A DNA stretch of 26,086 bases from Rhodospirillales bacterium (lineage in GTDB: Bacteria; Pseudomonadota; Alphaproteobacteria; JAEULC01): the NCBI GenBank assembly GCA_052387895.1, contig JBQTIS010000124.1, positions 1-26,086 of the forward strand, in the 5' to 3' direction. The notes beneath the pieces are model-generated. The model did no database searches and had not been told where the DNA came from. It saw only the letters and a list, made by a program, of their open reading frames with translations. Below, piece by piece: positions 8,732-17,283 of the stretch; the first letter of the stretch is position 1; each line of letters opens with the position of its first letter. The translations under genes were made by a program, and so were the position numbers.

Positions 8732-10143
8732 GCGAACCGCATCAGGAAACGCACGATCCTGCGCGTGCGCTCGTTGAACAGCTTGGGCGCGTACCAGCTC
8801 GAGGCCAGGCGCTTGCCGATTTCGCCGAACGTCGGATAGGGCAGGATCGCCTGCGCCATCGCGCCGATCTTCATGCCCCGGGCCACCGCCAGGCACCAGG
8901 GCTGGATCAACTCGCCCGCGTGCGGGCCCACGATCGCGGCGCCCAGCACGCGCCCGCGCCGGTCCATCACCGCCTTCGCCAGACCCGCGGTGTCGCGTTC
9001 GGCCTGGGCGCGGTCGTTCTCGTGGAACGGCCAGCGCAGCACCATCACCTTGCCGTGGCGCTCGCGCGCCTCGGATTCGCTCAAGCCCACCTGGGCCAGC
9101 TCGGGCTCGGTAAAGGTCACCCAGGGCACGGCGCCGTCGTCCACCTTGGCCGGCAGGCGGAACAGGATGTTCCGCAGCACGATGCCGGCATGGTACCCGG
9201 CGATGTGGGTGAACTGGAAGCGTCCGGTAACGTCGCCGACGGCGAAAATCCGCCGGTTCGTGGTTCTTAACCTTGCATCCGTCGCGATTCCCTGCGGCGA
9301 ATAGGCCACCCCCGCGGCCTCGAGGCCGAGGCCCTCGACATTGGCGCGCCGGCCGGCCGCCACCAGCAGATGGGTTCCGGCCAGCGTCACCTCTCCGCCG
9401 TCGCACGCTACGGCCACGGCCACGCCGCTCGGCGTCGCGTCCGCGCGCTTCAGCTCCGCTCCTTCCATCAGCGCCACGCCTTCGCCCAGCAGCCGCGCGC
9501 GCACCACGTCGACCAGCTCGGGGTCGTCCTTCGGCAACAGCGTGAACTTCTCCACCACCGTGACCATGGCGCCCAGGCGCCGGGGCGCCTGGGCCATCTC
9601 CAGGCCGCTCGGCCCGCCGCCGATCACCCGAAGCTGCGCCGGGCGCTGGGCGTTCGCGAACAGCGTTTCGTTGGTCAGATGCGGAACCTTGTCGAGGCCG
9701 GGTATCGGCGGGACCAGCGGCGACGATCCGGTCGCTATCACGAACCGTCTTGCCTTCACGGTCTCGCCGCCGGCCTCGAGCGCGTCGGGGCCGGTGAAGC
9801 GCGCCTGGGCGCGGATCACGCGCACGCCCAGGCCCTCGAAGCGCTCCTGGCTGTCGTGGGGCGCCACCGCCTCGATCACGCCGCGCACATGGGCCATGAC
9901 GCGCGCGAAGTCGATACGCGGATCGTGCCGCTCCAGGCCCAGCCGGTCGGCGCGGCGCATGGACTGGGCCGCGCGCGCGGCGGCCAACAGCGCCTTCGAC
10001 GGCACGCAGCCGTAGTTCAGGCAGTCGCCACCCATTTCGCCGCGCTCGATCAGCGCCACGGAAGCGCCCATCTGCGAGGCGCCGGCGGCGACGGTCAGGC
10101 CGCCCGACCCGGCGCCGACGACGCAGATATCGACGGAAATCAT
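8728..10143 (-). CDS. Class I flavin disulfide oxidoreductase (dihydrolipoamide dehydrogenase/mercuric reductase-like)
   Basis: GAGSGG FAD motif, redox-active GGDCLNYGCVPSKAL, FAVGDV, C-terminal YPTFGE; no HMA domain or terminal CC. Confidence 0.9.
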   Translation of the reverse strand: MISVDICVVGAGSGGLTVAAGASQMGASVALIERGEMGGDCLNYGCVPSKALLAAARAAQSMRRADRLGLERHDPRIDFARVMAHVRGVIEAVAPHDSQERFEGLGVRVIRAQARFTGPDALEAGGETVKARRFVIATGSSPLVPPIPGLDKVPHLTNETLFANAQRPAQLRVIGGGPSGLEMAQAPRRLGAMVTVVEKFTLLPKDDPELVDVVRARLLGEGVALMEGAELKRADATPSGVAVAVACDGGEVTLAGTHLLVAAGRRANVEGLGLEAAGVAYSPQGIATDARLRTTNRRIFAVGDVTGRFQFTHIAGYHAGIVLRNILFRLPAKVDDGAVPWVTFTEPELAQVGLSESEARERHGKVMVLRWPFHENDRAQAERDTAGLAKAVMDRRGRVLGAAIVGPHAGELIQPWCLAVARGMKIGAMAQAILPYPTFGEIGKRLASSWYAPKLFNERTRRIVRFLMRFA

Positions 10144-10153
10144 CCCGGCCCCT

Positions 10154-10894
10154 TCACGATGCGCGCCGCTTAAGCCTCTTATACACCACCGGCAGCAGCG
10201 CCAGGCACGCGAGGCCCCCCAAGGCCATGATCACCTGGGGCGTCAGAACGCCACGGGCCGAGAACTCCTCGCCGCTGTCGAACACGCTGCCCAGGCCCAC
10301 GCCCACCGCGGTATAGACGACCGAGCCGGGAATGATGCCGATGAAAGTGGCCAGCGCGTAGTCCCTGAGCTTCATGCCCATGACCGCGGACACCAGGTTG
10401 ACGACGGCGAAGGGAAAAAGCGGCACCAGCCGCAGCACCAGAAGATAGCTGAGGGCGTCCTCGTTGAAGCCGGCCTGCATCTTGGCGAGCCACGGGCCGG
10501 CGCGTCGGCGCAGCGAGTCGCCGATCGCGGTGCGCGCGGCCAGGAACACGGCCACCGCTCCCGTGGTGGCGCCTGCGACCACGATGAACATGCCCAGGAT
10601 CTGCCCGAACAGGAACCCGGCGGCGATCGTCATGACCGCGGCGACCGGCAGCGAAAACGCGACGCACAGCGCATAGCCGGCGGCGTAGCCCGCGGCCATC
10701 GCCGGGGCGTGATCGCGCACGAGCTCCAGCAGAATCTGGCGATGTTCCTTCAGCGTGGAAAAGCCGACATACCGGTCCAGCCGCAGGGCGAAAAACGCGC
10801 CCAGCCCCGCCAGCAGCACGAGCATGGGCCAGAACCGGGCGAGCTTGCCGCCGCTGCCGGCATCGCTGGTGGACTTTGTCGGTGGCTCATGCAT
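10154..10894 (-). CDS. TVP38/TMEM64 (VTT, DedA superfamily) membrane protein
   Basis: AGFLFG, GATTGA, YLLVLRLVPLFPFAVVNL, TFIGIIPGSVVY motifs; start uncertain (10894 ATG or upstream). Confidence 0.88.
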   Translation of the reverse strand: MHEPPTKSTSDAGSGGKLARFWPMLVLLAGLGAFFALRLDRYVGFSTLKEHRQILLELVRDHAPAMAAGYAAGYALCVAFSLPVAAVMTIAAGFLFGQILGMFIVVAGATTGAVAVFLAARTAIGDSLRRRAGPWLAKMQAGFNEDALSYLLVLRLVPLFPFAVVNLVSAVMGMKLRDYALATFIGIIPGSVVYTAVGVGLGSVFDSGEEFSARGVLTPQVIMALGGLACLALLPVVYKRLKRRAS

Positions 10895-11047
10895 CGGGGG
10901 TGGCCTAGTGGTTTCAGCCGGGACAAGATGGGGTGCTTTTAGCGGCCCGCCAGCATCACGGGCCAATCACACCGGCGCTACGCCGAAGCCCGCGACGGTA
11001 GCCGCCATTCCCGCGTATTTCCAGGGCCTTGGCAGGGGTTCCTTGGA

Positions 11048-11076
11048 TTGACTTCACCGCGTCCAGCCTCTATAAG
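11048..11076 (+). promoter_or_regulatory. sigma70 promoter of rpmH operon
   Basis: TTGACT (11048-11053) - 17 nt - TATAAG (11071-11076). Confidence 0.75.
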
Positions 11077-11117
11077 CCGCCGGTCCTTGAAGGACAGGCC
11101 GTTCGGAGTTCTTGGTC

Positions 11118-11252
11118 GTGAAGCGCACTTACCAGCCCAGCAAGCTCGTCCGCAAGCGCCGGCACGGTTTCCGCGCCCGCTTGGCGAAGCGCGGCGGCCG
11201 CAAGGTCCTGGCGGCGCGCCGGGCCAAGGGCCGCAAGCGCCTTTCCGCCTGA
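11118..11252 (+). CDS. rpmH: 50S ribosomal protein L34
   Basis: Translated by hand (not in ORF track): [47 protein letters not shown] start. Confidence 0.97.
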   Translation: MKRTYQPSKLVRKRRHGFRARLAKRGGRKVLAARRAKGRKRLSA

Positions 11253-11283
11253 TATCCTCCGCGTAAGGGAGACGACTGAAGCC

Positions 11284-11649
11284 ATGGCCGCGCCGGTCGG
11301 ACGACTGACGCGCAGGCCCGAGTTCCAGCGCGTGGCGGAACAGGGCCACAGGGCCGCTTCGCCCGGCCTGGTGCTTCAGGCGTTGCGCCGGCCCGGCGGC
11401 GAGGGCGACGCCATCCGCCTGGGGCTGACCGCCAGCCGCAAGGTGGGCGGGGCGGTCGAGCGCAATCGCGCGCGCCGGCGCTTAAGGGCGCTGGCGCATC
11501 AAGTCCTGCCGCGGATGGGCGCGCCCGGGCATGACTACGTGATCGTGGCGCGCCGCGAAACGGTGAAGCGCGAATGGCCGCGGCTGAGGCAAGATCTGGA
11601 AAGCGCGCTCAGCCGCCTGGGTCCGCGGCACGGGGTCCGCGCGCCGTGA
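11284..11649 (+). CDS. rnpA: Ribonuclease P protein component
   Basis: [24 protein letters not shown] (RNR motif), YVIVAR; follows rpmH. Confidence 0.95.
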   Translation: MAAPVGRLTRRPEFQRVAEQGHRAASPGLVLQALRRPGGEGDAIRLGLTASRKVGGAVERNRARRRLRALAHQVLPRMGAPGHDYVIVARRETVKREWPRLRQDLESALSRLGPRHGVRAP

Positions 11650-11939
11650 CGCCCGCCGCGTTCGCGTTGCGCGCGCTGATCCGCGGCTATCAATGGACCG
11701 TGGCGCCGATCCTCGGCGTCAATTGCCGCTTCGCGCCGAGCTGCTCGGAATACGCCTGCGAGGCCGTGGGCCGGCACGGCGCCCTGGCCGGCGGGTACCT
11801 GGCCGCGCGGCGCCTGCTCCGCTGCCATCCCTGGGGCGGCTCCGGCTACGACCCCGTGCCCGACCGATCGCCGCTCGGCCGGTCGATGCGCCGGCGCGCC
11901 TGCTCCTTCCATCCGTCGCCGAAGGGGAACGGGCGATGA
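11646..11939 (+). CDS. yidD: Membrane protein insertion efficiency factor
   Basis: [11 protein letters not shown] and [17 protein letters not shown]; GTGA overlap with rnpA. Confidence 0.93.
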   Translation: MTPAAFALRALIRGYQWTVAPILGVNCRFAPSCSEYACEAVGRHGALAGGYLAARRLLRCHPWGGSGYDPVPDRSPLGRSMRRRACSFHPSPKGNGR

Positions 11940-13669
11940 TGGACCAGAAGAACCTGTTCCTGGCGATCGCGCTGTCGATCGCCATCGTGCTGGGCTTCCA
12001 TTATTTCTCCGACAAGCCGCGGGTGCAGCAGCAGCAGACGCAGCAGCAACAGCGCGAGCAGGCGCAGGCGCCCGCGCCCGGGACCGTGCCGGCGGCGCCC
12101 GGGGCTCCCGCCGCGCCCGGGACCGGCGCCGCGCCGCCGCAGCGCGACGCAGGCCAAGTGCTGCGCGACGGCAAGCGCGTGCGCATCGACTCGCCCAGGC
12201 TTTCCGGCTCGATTTCGCTCATGGGCGGGCTGATCGACGACGTGGTGCTGACGGGTTATCGCGAGACGGTCGAGCCGGGCAGCCCCAACATCCGCTTGCT
12301 GGCGCCGCCCGGCGTCGCGCAGCCCTACTACGCCGAGTTCGGCTGGACCTCAGCCGGCGGCAACGGCGTGCTCAAGCTGCCGGATTCGACCACGGCCTGG
12401 ACCGCCGACCGCGACCAACTGACGCCCGAGCAGCCCGTCACCCTTTCCTGGGACAACGGCGCGGGCCTCGCCTTCACGCGCACCTACGCGCTCGACCGCG
12501 ACTACATGCTGACCGTCACGCAGAAAGTCGCGAACACGGGCGCGGCCCCGGTGACGCTCTATCCCTACGCGCTGGTCAGCCGCACCGGCACGCCGCCGGT
12601 CCTCGGCTTCTTCATCCTGCACGAAGGGCTTCTGGGCGTGCTGGACGGCAAGTTGCGCGAGTACACCTACTCCAACATGCAGGAAGAGAAGAGCGGCGCG
12701 GTCAAGTTCCAATCGACCGGGGGCTGGCTGGGGATCACCGACAAGTACTGGCTGGTGGCGCTGGTGCCGGCCCAGGACGAGAAGGTGGAGAGCTTCTTCC
12801 GCCACGTGCTGCGCGACAAGACCGACAAGTACCAGGTCGACTACATCGGCGCCGCCCGGGCGGTCGCGCCCGGCGCCAGCGCCGAGGCCGCGGGCCGGCT
12901 GTTCGCGGGCGCCAAGGAAGTCAAGCTGGTCAACCGCCACGAGGAGCAGAACGGCATCGCGAAATTCAGCTATGCCGTGGACTGGGGCTGGTTCCCGTTC
13001 CTCACCAAGCCGATCTTCCTGGTGCTCGACATCTTCTTCGGTTTGCTGGGCAATTTCGGCCTGGCGATCCTGCTGCTGACCGTGATCGTGAAGCTGGTGT
13101 TCTTCCCGCTGGCCAACAAGTCGTACAAGTCGATGACCGCGATGAAGAAGCTTCAGCCGCAGATGATGGCGCTGCGCGAGAAATACGGCGAGGACCGCCA
13201 GCAGCTGAACCAGGCGATGATGGAGCTGTACAAGCGCGAGAAGGTGAACCCGGTTTCGGGCTGCCTTCCCATCGTGATCCAGATTCCGGTGTTCTTCGCG
13301 CTGTACAAGGTGCTGTTCGTGACCATCGAGATGCGCCACGCGCCGTTCTATGGCTGGATCAAGGACCTGTCGGCGCCGGACCCGACCACGATCTTCAACC
13401 TGTTCGGCCTGATCCCCTGGACGCCGCCCTATATTCTGATGGTCGGCGTCTGGCCCTTGATCATGGGCCTCACGATGTGGCTGCAGCAGAAGCTGAACCC
13501 GCAGCCGCCCGATCCGGTTCAGGCCAAGATCTTCATGCTGCTGCCGATCTTTTTCACCTATCTGTTGTCCGGCTTCCCGGCCGGCCTGGTGATCTATTGG
13601 GCGTGGAACAACCTGCTGTCGATCGCCCAGCAATGGGTGATCATGCGCCGGGCGGGCGTGAAGGCCTGA
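11936..13669 (+). CDS. yidC: Membrane protein insertase YidC
   Basis: [49 protein letters not shown]; ATGA overlap with yidD. Confidence 0.97.
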   Translation: MMDQKNLFLAIALSIAIVLGFHYFSDKPRVQQQQTQQQQREQAQAPAPGTVPAAPGAPAAPGTGAAPPQRDAGQVLRDGKRVRIDSPRLSGSISLMGGLIDDVVLTGYRETVEPGSPNIRLLAPPGVAQPYYAEFGWTSAGGNGVLKLPDSTTAWTADRDQLTPEQPVTLSWDNGAGLAFTRTYALDRDYMLTVTQKVANTGAAPVTLYPYALVSRTGTPPVLGFFILHEGLLGVLDGKLREYTYSNMQEEKSGAVKFQSTGGWLGITDKYWLVALVPAQDEKVESFFRHVLRDKTDKYQVDYIGAARAVAPGASAEAAGRLFAGAKEVKLVNRHEEQNGIAKFSYAVDWGWFPFLTKPIFLVLDIFFGLLGNFGLAILLLTVIVKLVFFPLANKSYKSMTAMKKLQPQMMALREKYGEDRQQLNQAMMELYKREKVNPVSGCLPIVIQIPVFFALYKVLFVTIEMRHAPFYGWIKDLSAPDPTTIFNLFGLIPWTPPYILMVGVWPLIMGLTMWLQQKLNPQPPDPVQAKIFMLLPIFFTYLLSGFPAGLVIYWAWNNLLSIAQQWVIMRRAGVKA

Positions 13670-13682
13670 CCGGGCCCGTTCG

Positions 13683-14318
13683 ATGGGCGCCGGCGGCGAA
13701 GCGGACGATCTGGAACGGGGCCGCAAGCTGTTCGCCCAGGACTGCCGCTTCATCGCCGGCGCGGCGGCGCTCGACGCGCTTCCGCCGCCCGGCCTTCCCG
13801 AAGTCGCTTTCGCCGGCCGCTCCAATGTCGGCAAGTCCAGCTTGGTCAACGCGCTGACCGGCCGCAAGACGCTGGCCAAGGTCTCGGCCATGCCGGGCCG
13901 CACGCAGCAGATCAATTTCTTCGAGCTCGGCCGCAAGCTGGTCCTGGTCGATTTGCCGGGCTACGGCTATTCCAAGGCCGGCAAGGCCAGGGCGGCGGAG
14001 TGGACGCGTTTGGCCGCGCTGTTCCTCAAGGGCCGGCCCACCCTGCGGCGCGTCTTGCTGCTGATCGACGCGCGCCACGGCCCCAATGCCCACGACCGCG
14101 CCGGCATGGACCTGATGGACGAAGCGGCGGTGAATTTCCAGGCCGTGCTGACCAAAGCGGACAAGGCGAAGCCCGGCGATCTCGACCGGCTGCTCGCATC
14201 CCTGGCCCGGGAATTGGTCGGACACGTGGCGGCGCATCCCCAAATCGCCGTGACCTCGGCGCATGACGGCACGGGGATTCCGGCCTTGCGCGCAGGCTTG
14301 ACCGCGCTGGCGGATTAG
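13683..14318 (+). CDS. yihA: Ribosome biogenesis GTP-binding protein YihA/YsxC
   Basis: G1 [15 protein letters not shown]3 DLPGYG, G4 TKAD. Confidence 0.93.
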   Translation: MGAGGEADDLERGRKLFAQDCRFIAGAAALDALPPPGLPEVAFAGRSNVGKSSLVNALTGRKTLAKVSAMPGRTQQINFFELGRKLVLVDLPGYGYSKAGKARAAEWTRLAALFLKGRPTLRRVLLLIDARHGPNAHDRAGMDLMDEAAVNFQAVLTKADKAKPGDLDRLLASLARELVGHVAAHPQIAVTSAHDGTGIPALRAGLTALAD

Positions 14319-14364
14319 CGGCTTTTCCGCTACCTTCGCGCGCGCTTTCAAGAGAACGGCCGGC

Positions 14365-15303
14365 ATGAGCACGACGAAACCCATGTCGCAGCCCGCGCCG
14401 ACGCGGGTGAGCGAGGAATTGCGCGCCAAGACCGCCACCCTGGCCGAGGCGCTGCCCTATATGCGCATGCACGCCGGGCAGACGCTGGTGATCAAGTACG
14501 GCGGCCACGCCATGGGCGAGGAGCACCTGGCGCTCGGCTTCGCGCGCGACATCGTGTTGCTGAAGCAGGTCGGCATGAACCCCGTCGTGGTGCATGGCGG
14601 CGGCCCGCAGATCGGCAGGATGCTCGACCGCCTGAAGATCAAGAGCGAGTTCGTCGACGGCCTGCGCGTCACCGACCAGGCGACGGTCGAGATCGTCGAG
14701 ATGGTGCTGTCGGGCTCGATCAACAAGCAGATCGTGGCCGCCATCAGCGCGGCCGGCGGCAAGGCGGTGGGGCTGTCGGGCAAGGACGCGGGGCTGATCC
14801 ACGCCAGGCGCCTGACGCGCGCCAAGAAGGACCCCGATTCCAACATCGAAAAGGTGCTGGACCTGGGCTTTGTGGGCGAGCCCGAGCACGTCAACGCCGC
14901 GGTGCTCGACACGCTCGCGCGCTCCGACATCATTCCCGTGATCGCGCCGATCGGCGTGGGCGAGAAAGGCGAGACCTACAACATCAACGCCGACACGGTG
15001 GCTGGCGCGGTGGCCGGCGCGTTGCGCGCCAAGCGCCTGCTGCTCTTGACCGACGTGACGGGCGTGCTGGACAAGGCCAGGAACTTCATCCCCGAGCTTT
15101 CGGTCAAGCGCACCAAGGAGCTGATCGCCGACGGAACCATCAGCGGCGGCATGATCCCGAAGCTCGAAACCTGCCTCATGGCCGTGGCGCAGGGCGTCGA
15201 GGGCGCGGTGATCATGGACGGGCGCGTGGCCAACGCCGTGCTGCTCGAGCTGTTCACGGCGCCGGGCTTCGGCACGCGCATCAGCCGGCGCGGCGGCAAA
15301 TGA
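14365..15303 (+). CDS. argB: Acetylglutamate kinase
   Basis: [31 protein letters not shown]. Confidence 0.96.
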   Translation: MSTTKPMSQPAPTRVSEELRAKTATLAEALPYMRMHAGQTLVIKYGGHAMGEEHLALGFARDIVLLKQVGMNPVVVHGGGPQIGRMLDRLKIKSEFVDGLRVTDQATVEIVEMVLSGSINKQIVAAISAAGGKAVGLSGKDAGLIHARRLTRAKKDPDSNIEKVLDLGFVGEPEHVNAAVLDTLARSDIIPVIAPIGVGEKGETYNINADTVAGAVAGALRAKRLLLLTDVTGVLDKARNFIPELSVKRTKELIADGTISGGMIPKLETCLMAVAQGVEGAVIMDGRVANAVLLELFTAPGFGTRISRRGGK

Positions 15304-16049
15304 CCAACGCGATCGACCTCAAGGGCCGCGGCGCGGTGGTGACTGGCGGGGCGCGCGGCATCGGCCTCGCCATCGCCAAGCGCTTCATCGCCTCGGGCGC
15401 GGCCGTGTCGCTGTGGGACATGGACGCGGCGGCGATCGAGACCGCGAAAAAGCAGCTCGGCTCCCAGGCGCACGGCCACCTCGTCGACGTCGCCGACGAC
15501 GCCGAAGTGGCCAAGGCCGCCGCGGCCGGCGAAAAGGCGCTCGGCCGGATCGACATCCTGGTCAACAACGCCGGCATCACCGGGCCCAACAAGCCGACCT
15601 GGGAATATCCGGTGACGGATTGGCGCCGGGTGATCGAGGTGGACCTGACGGCCGTGTTCCTGTGCTGCCGCGCCGTGGTGCCGGGCATGCTCGCGCGCGG
15701 CTACGGCCGCGTGGTCAACATCGCCTCGGTCGCGGGCAAGGAGGGCAATCCCAACGCGCCCGCCTACAGCGCCGCCAAGGCCGGCGTCATCGGGCTTACC
15801 AAGTCGCTGGGCAAGGAGCTGGCGGGCAAGGGCGTGATCGTCAACTGCGTCACGCCCGCCGCGGCCAAGACCGACATCTTCAAGCAGATGACGCAGCAGC
15901 ACATCGATTACATGCGCTCGAAAATCCCGATGAACCGCTTCGTCGAGGTGGACGAGATCGCGGCGCTGGTCGCGTGGCTCTCGTCCGAGGACTGCTCGTT
16001 TTCGACCGGCGGCGTGTTCGACATCTCGGGCGGAAGAGCGACCTATTAG
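15300..16049 (+). CDS. SDR family NAD(P)-dependent oxidoreductase (resembles 2-keto-3-deoxy-L-rhamnonate dehydrogenase LRA5 type)
   Basis: [13 protein letters not shown], catalytic [17 protein letters not shown]-terminal [10 protein letters not shown]; ATGA overlap with argB. Confidence 0.85.
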   Translation: MTNAIDLKGRGAVVTGGARGIGLAIAKRFIASGAAVSLWDMDAAAIETAKKQLGSQAHGHLVDVADDAEVAKAAAAGEKALGRIDILVNNAGITGPNKPTWEYPVTDWRRVIEVDLTAVFLCCRAVVPGMLARGYGRVVNIASVAGKEGNPNAPAYSAAKAGVIGLTKSLGKELAGKGVIVNCVTPAAAKTDIFKQMTQQHIDYMRSKIPMNRFVEVDEIAALVAWLSSEDCSFSTGGVFDISGGRATY

Positions 16050-16063
16050 TTAGCCTGGCGCAT

Positions 16064-16456
16064 TCAGCCCCACAACAGCTTCACGTCGTATGGCGTGAAC
16101 AGCGGGTCGGGCGTCGCCAGCGTCAGCTTCTCCACCTGCGCCTGCGCCACCAGCATCCGGTCGAACGGGTCGCGGTGATGCAGCGCCAGCTCGCCCGCGC
16201 GCGCGGCATGGGGCCAGAGAATGGGCAACACGTCGAAGCCGTACACGCCGACCGCTGCCAACACCGCGGCGCCGACTCCAGGCGGATATTCGGAAAATCG
16301 CTTCAGGCGTTCCTTGATCGATACTTCCCACGCCGAGACGACGCTCACATATACGGCGTTGTCGGCGCTCTTGCCCGCGGAGCGAACCGTCGCTGGAATT
16401 CGGTCGTCGTCCGACATCCACCACAGCAGCGTGCAGGTATCGAGCAACAGCCTCAC
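16064..16456 (-). CDS. vapC: PIN-domain (VapC-type) toxin
   Basis: LLLDTCTLLW, SAWEVSIK, HRDPFDRMLVAQA acidic PIN motifs; GTGA overlap with antitoxin. Confidence 0.9.
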   Translation of the reverse strand: MRLLLDTCTLLWWMSDDDRIPATVRSAGKSADNAVYVSVVSAWEVSIKERLKRFSEYPPGVGAAVLAAVGVYGFDVLPILWPHAARAGELALHHRDPFDRMLVAQAQVEKLTLATPDPLFTPYDVKLLWG

Positions 16457-16677
16457 GACAACCCGTCGAATCCCTCGGGCAACGGGTCGTTGAAGTTCTT
16501 CTTCATCTTGATCAGCCCCTTGTGCAGACCGATGGGCCGGTCCTTGCGCTTGGCGGCCACCCCGACCAAGCGAACCGCCGGTTTTCCGTCGCGGGCGATC
16601 ACGATTTCCTCGCCCTTCAGCGCGCGTTCCACCAGCTTGGAAAGCTGGGTTTTGGCTTGGTGCATGTTGACGATCAT
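16453..16677 (-). CDS. Phd/YefM-family antitoxin
   Basis: VNMHQAKTQLSKLVERALKGEEIVIARDGKPAVRL is a classic Phd N-terminus; GGAG upstream of ATG. Confidence 0.92.
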   Translation of the reverse strand: MIVNMHQAKTQLSKLVERALKGEEIVIARDGKPAVRLVGVAAKRKDRPIGLHKGLIKMKKNFNDPLPEGFDGLS

Positions 16678-16686
16678 GGCTCCACC

Positions 16687-16730
16687 TTAGCTAACTTAGC
16701 TAAGATAGGGCAGCGGGGGCGGCATTGCAA
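16687..16730 (-). promoter_or_regulatory. sigma70 promoter and tandem palindromic operator of the phd-vapC operon
   Basis: TTGCAA (16725-16730) - 17 nt - TATCTT (16702-16707); two TTAGCTAA palindromes at 16687-16694 and 16696-16703. Confidence 0.75.
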
Positions 16731-16733
16731 CCG

Positions 16734-17195
16734 TCATACGCCGGCCGTGGCGATGGCGCGCTTCAGCTTCTCCGGCGCGCTTGTCGCCGCCTCGGCCAGC
16801 GCCCGCGCGTCGAACGGCGAATGGCGCAACACCAGCGCGATTTCGGTCCGAAGCAGCGCCCGCCCGGCCGCGGCGGCGAAGCGCTCGAGATACGCGGCGG
16901 CGCGCAAGGGGCTGGCGAAGCGCGTGGTCAGGCGCTGGATCGCCTGGGGCGCGCCCGCGGCCAGCCGCAACAAGGTGACCGCCGCCGCGTCGGGCATGCG
17001 CCTTCCTTGCTCCCAGTCCCTCAGGGTTCCGGCGGGCAAGCGCAGGCGCTCGGCCATGGCCGCCTGGGTCAGGCCCAGGCGTTCGCGCGCCAGGCGCACC
17101 AGCCGGGCCGCGGTTTGGTGCGAATAGGCCTCCAGCGCGTCCTCGGCCGGAGGCGACGCAGGTTCGGTTCGTCCATCCCGCAGGACGCGGACCAT
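16734..17195 (-). CDS. Xre/HigA-like HTH protein with C-terminal extension
   Basis: RERLGLTQAAMAERLRLPAGTLRDWEQGRRMPD HTH; ATG at 17195 preceded by GGAG, ~30 nt after the predicted transcription start. Confidence 0.8.
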   Translation of the reverse strand: MVRVLRDGRTEPASPPAEDALEAYSHQTAARLVRLARERLGLTQAAMAERLRLPAGTLRDWEQGRRMPDAAAVTLLRLAAGAPQAIQRLTTRFASPLRAAAYLERFAAAAGRALLRTEIALVLRHSPFDARALAEAATSAPEKLKRAIATAGV

Positions 17196-17228
17196 GGCTC
17201 CATCGGCGGTGATCCGAAGCTTCACGGT

Positions 17229-17282
17229 TATATTATACGGCAAGGCCGTATAATATACAAATACTACGGCAATGACGTATAA
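17229..17282 (-). promoter_or_regulatory. sigma70 promoter of the Xre gene overlapped by a 13-bp perfect inverted repeat and a second imperfect copy
   Basis: TTGTAT (17255-17260) - 17 nt - TATAAT (17232-17237); TATATTATACGGC-AAG-GCCGTATAATATA at 17229-17257; TACGGCAATGACGTATAA at 17265-17282. Confidence 0.8.
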
Positions 17283-17283
17283 A

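Noticed and set aside
8728-10143. Mercuric reductase (merA) or lpdA call
   Set aside because: No HMA domain, no C-terminal Cys-Cys, no mer genes; catalytic His of LpdA replaced by Tyr
12016-12150. Gln runs and GCGCCCGGGACC repeats in yidC
   Set aside because: Ordinary low-complexity periplasmic linker of YidC; not a mobile repeat or CRISPR
14316-14332. TAGCGG-CTTTT-CCGCTA hairpin after yihA
   Set aside because: Short stem with no U-tract; not enough to call a terminator
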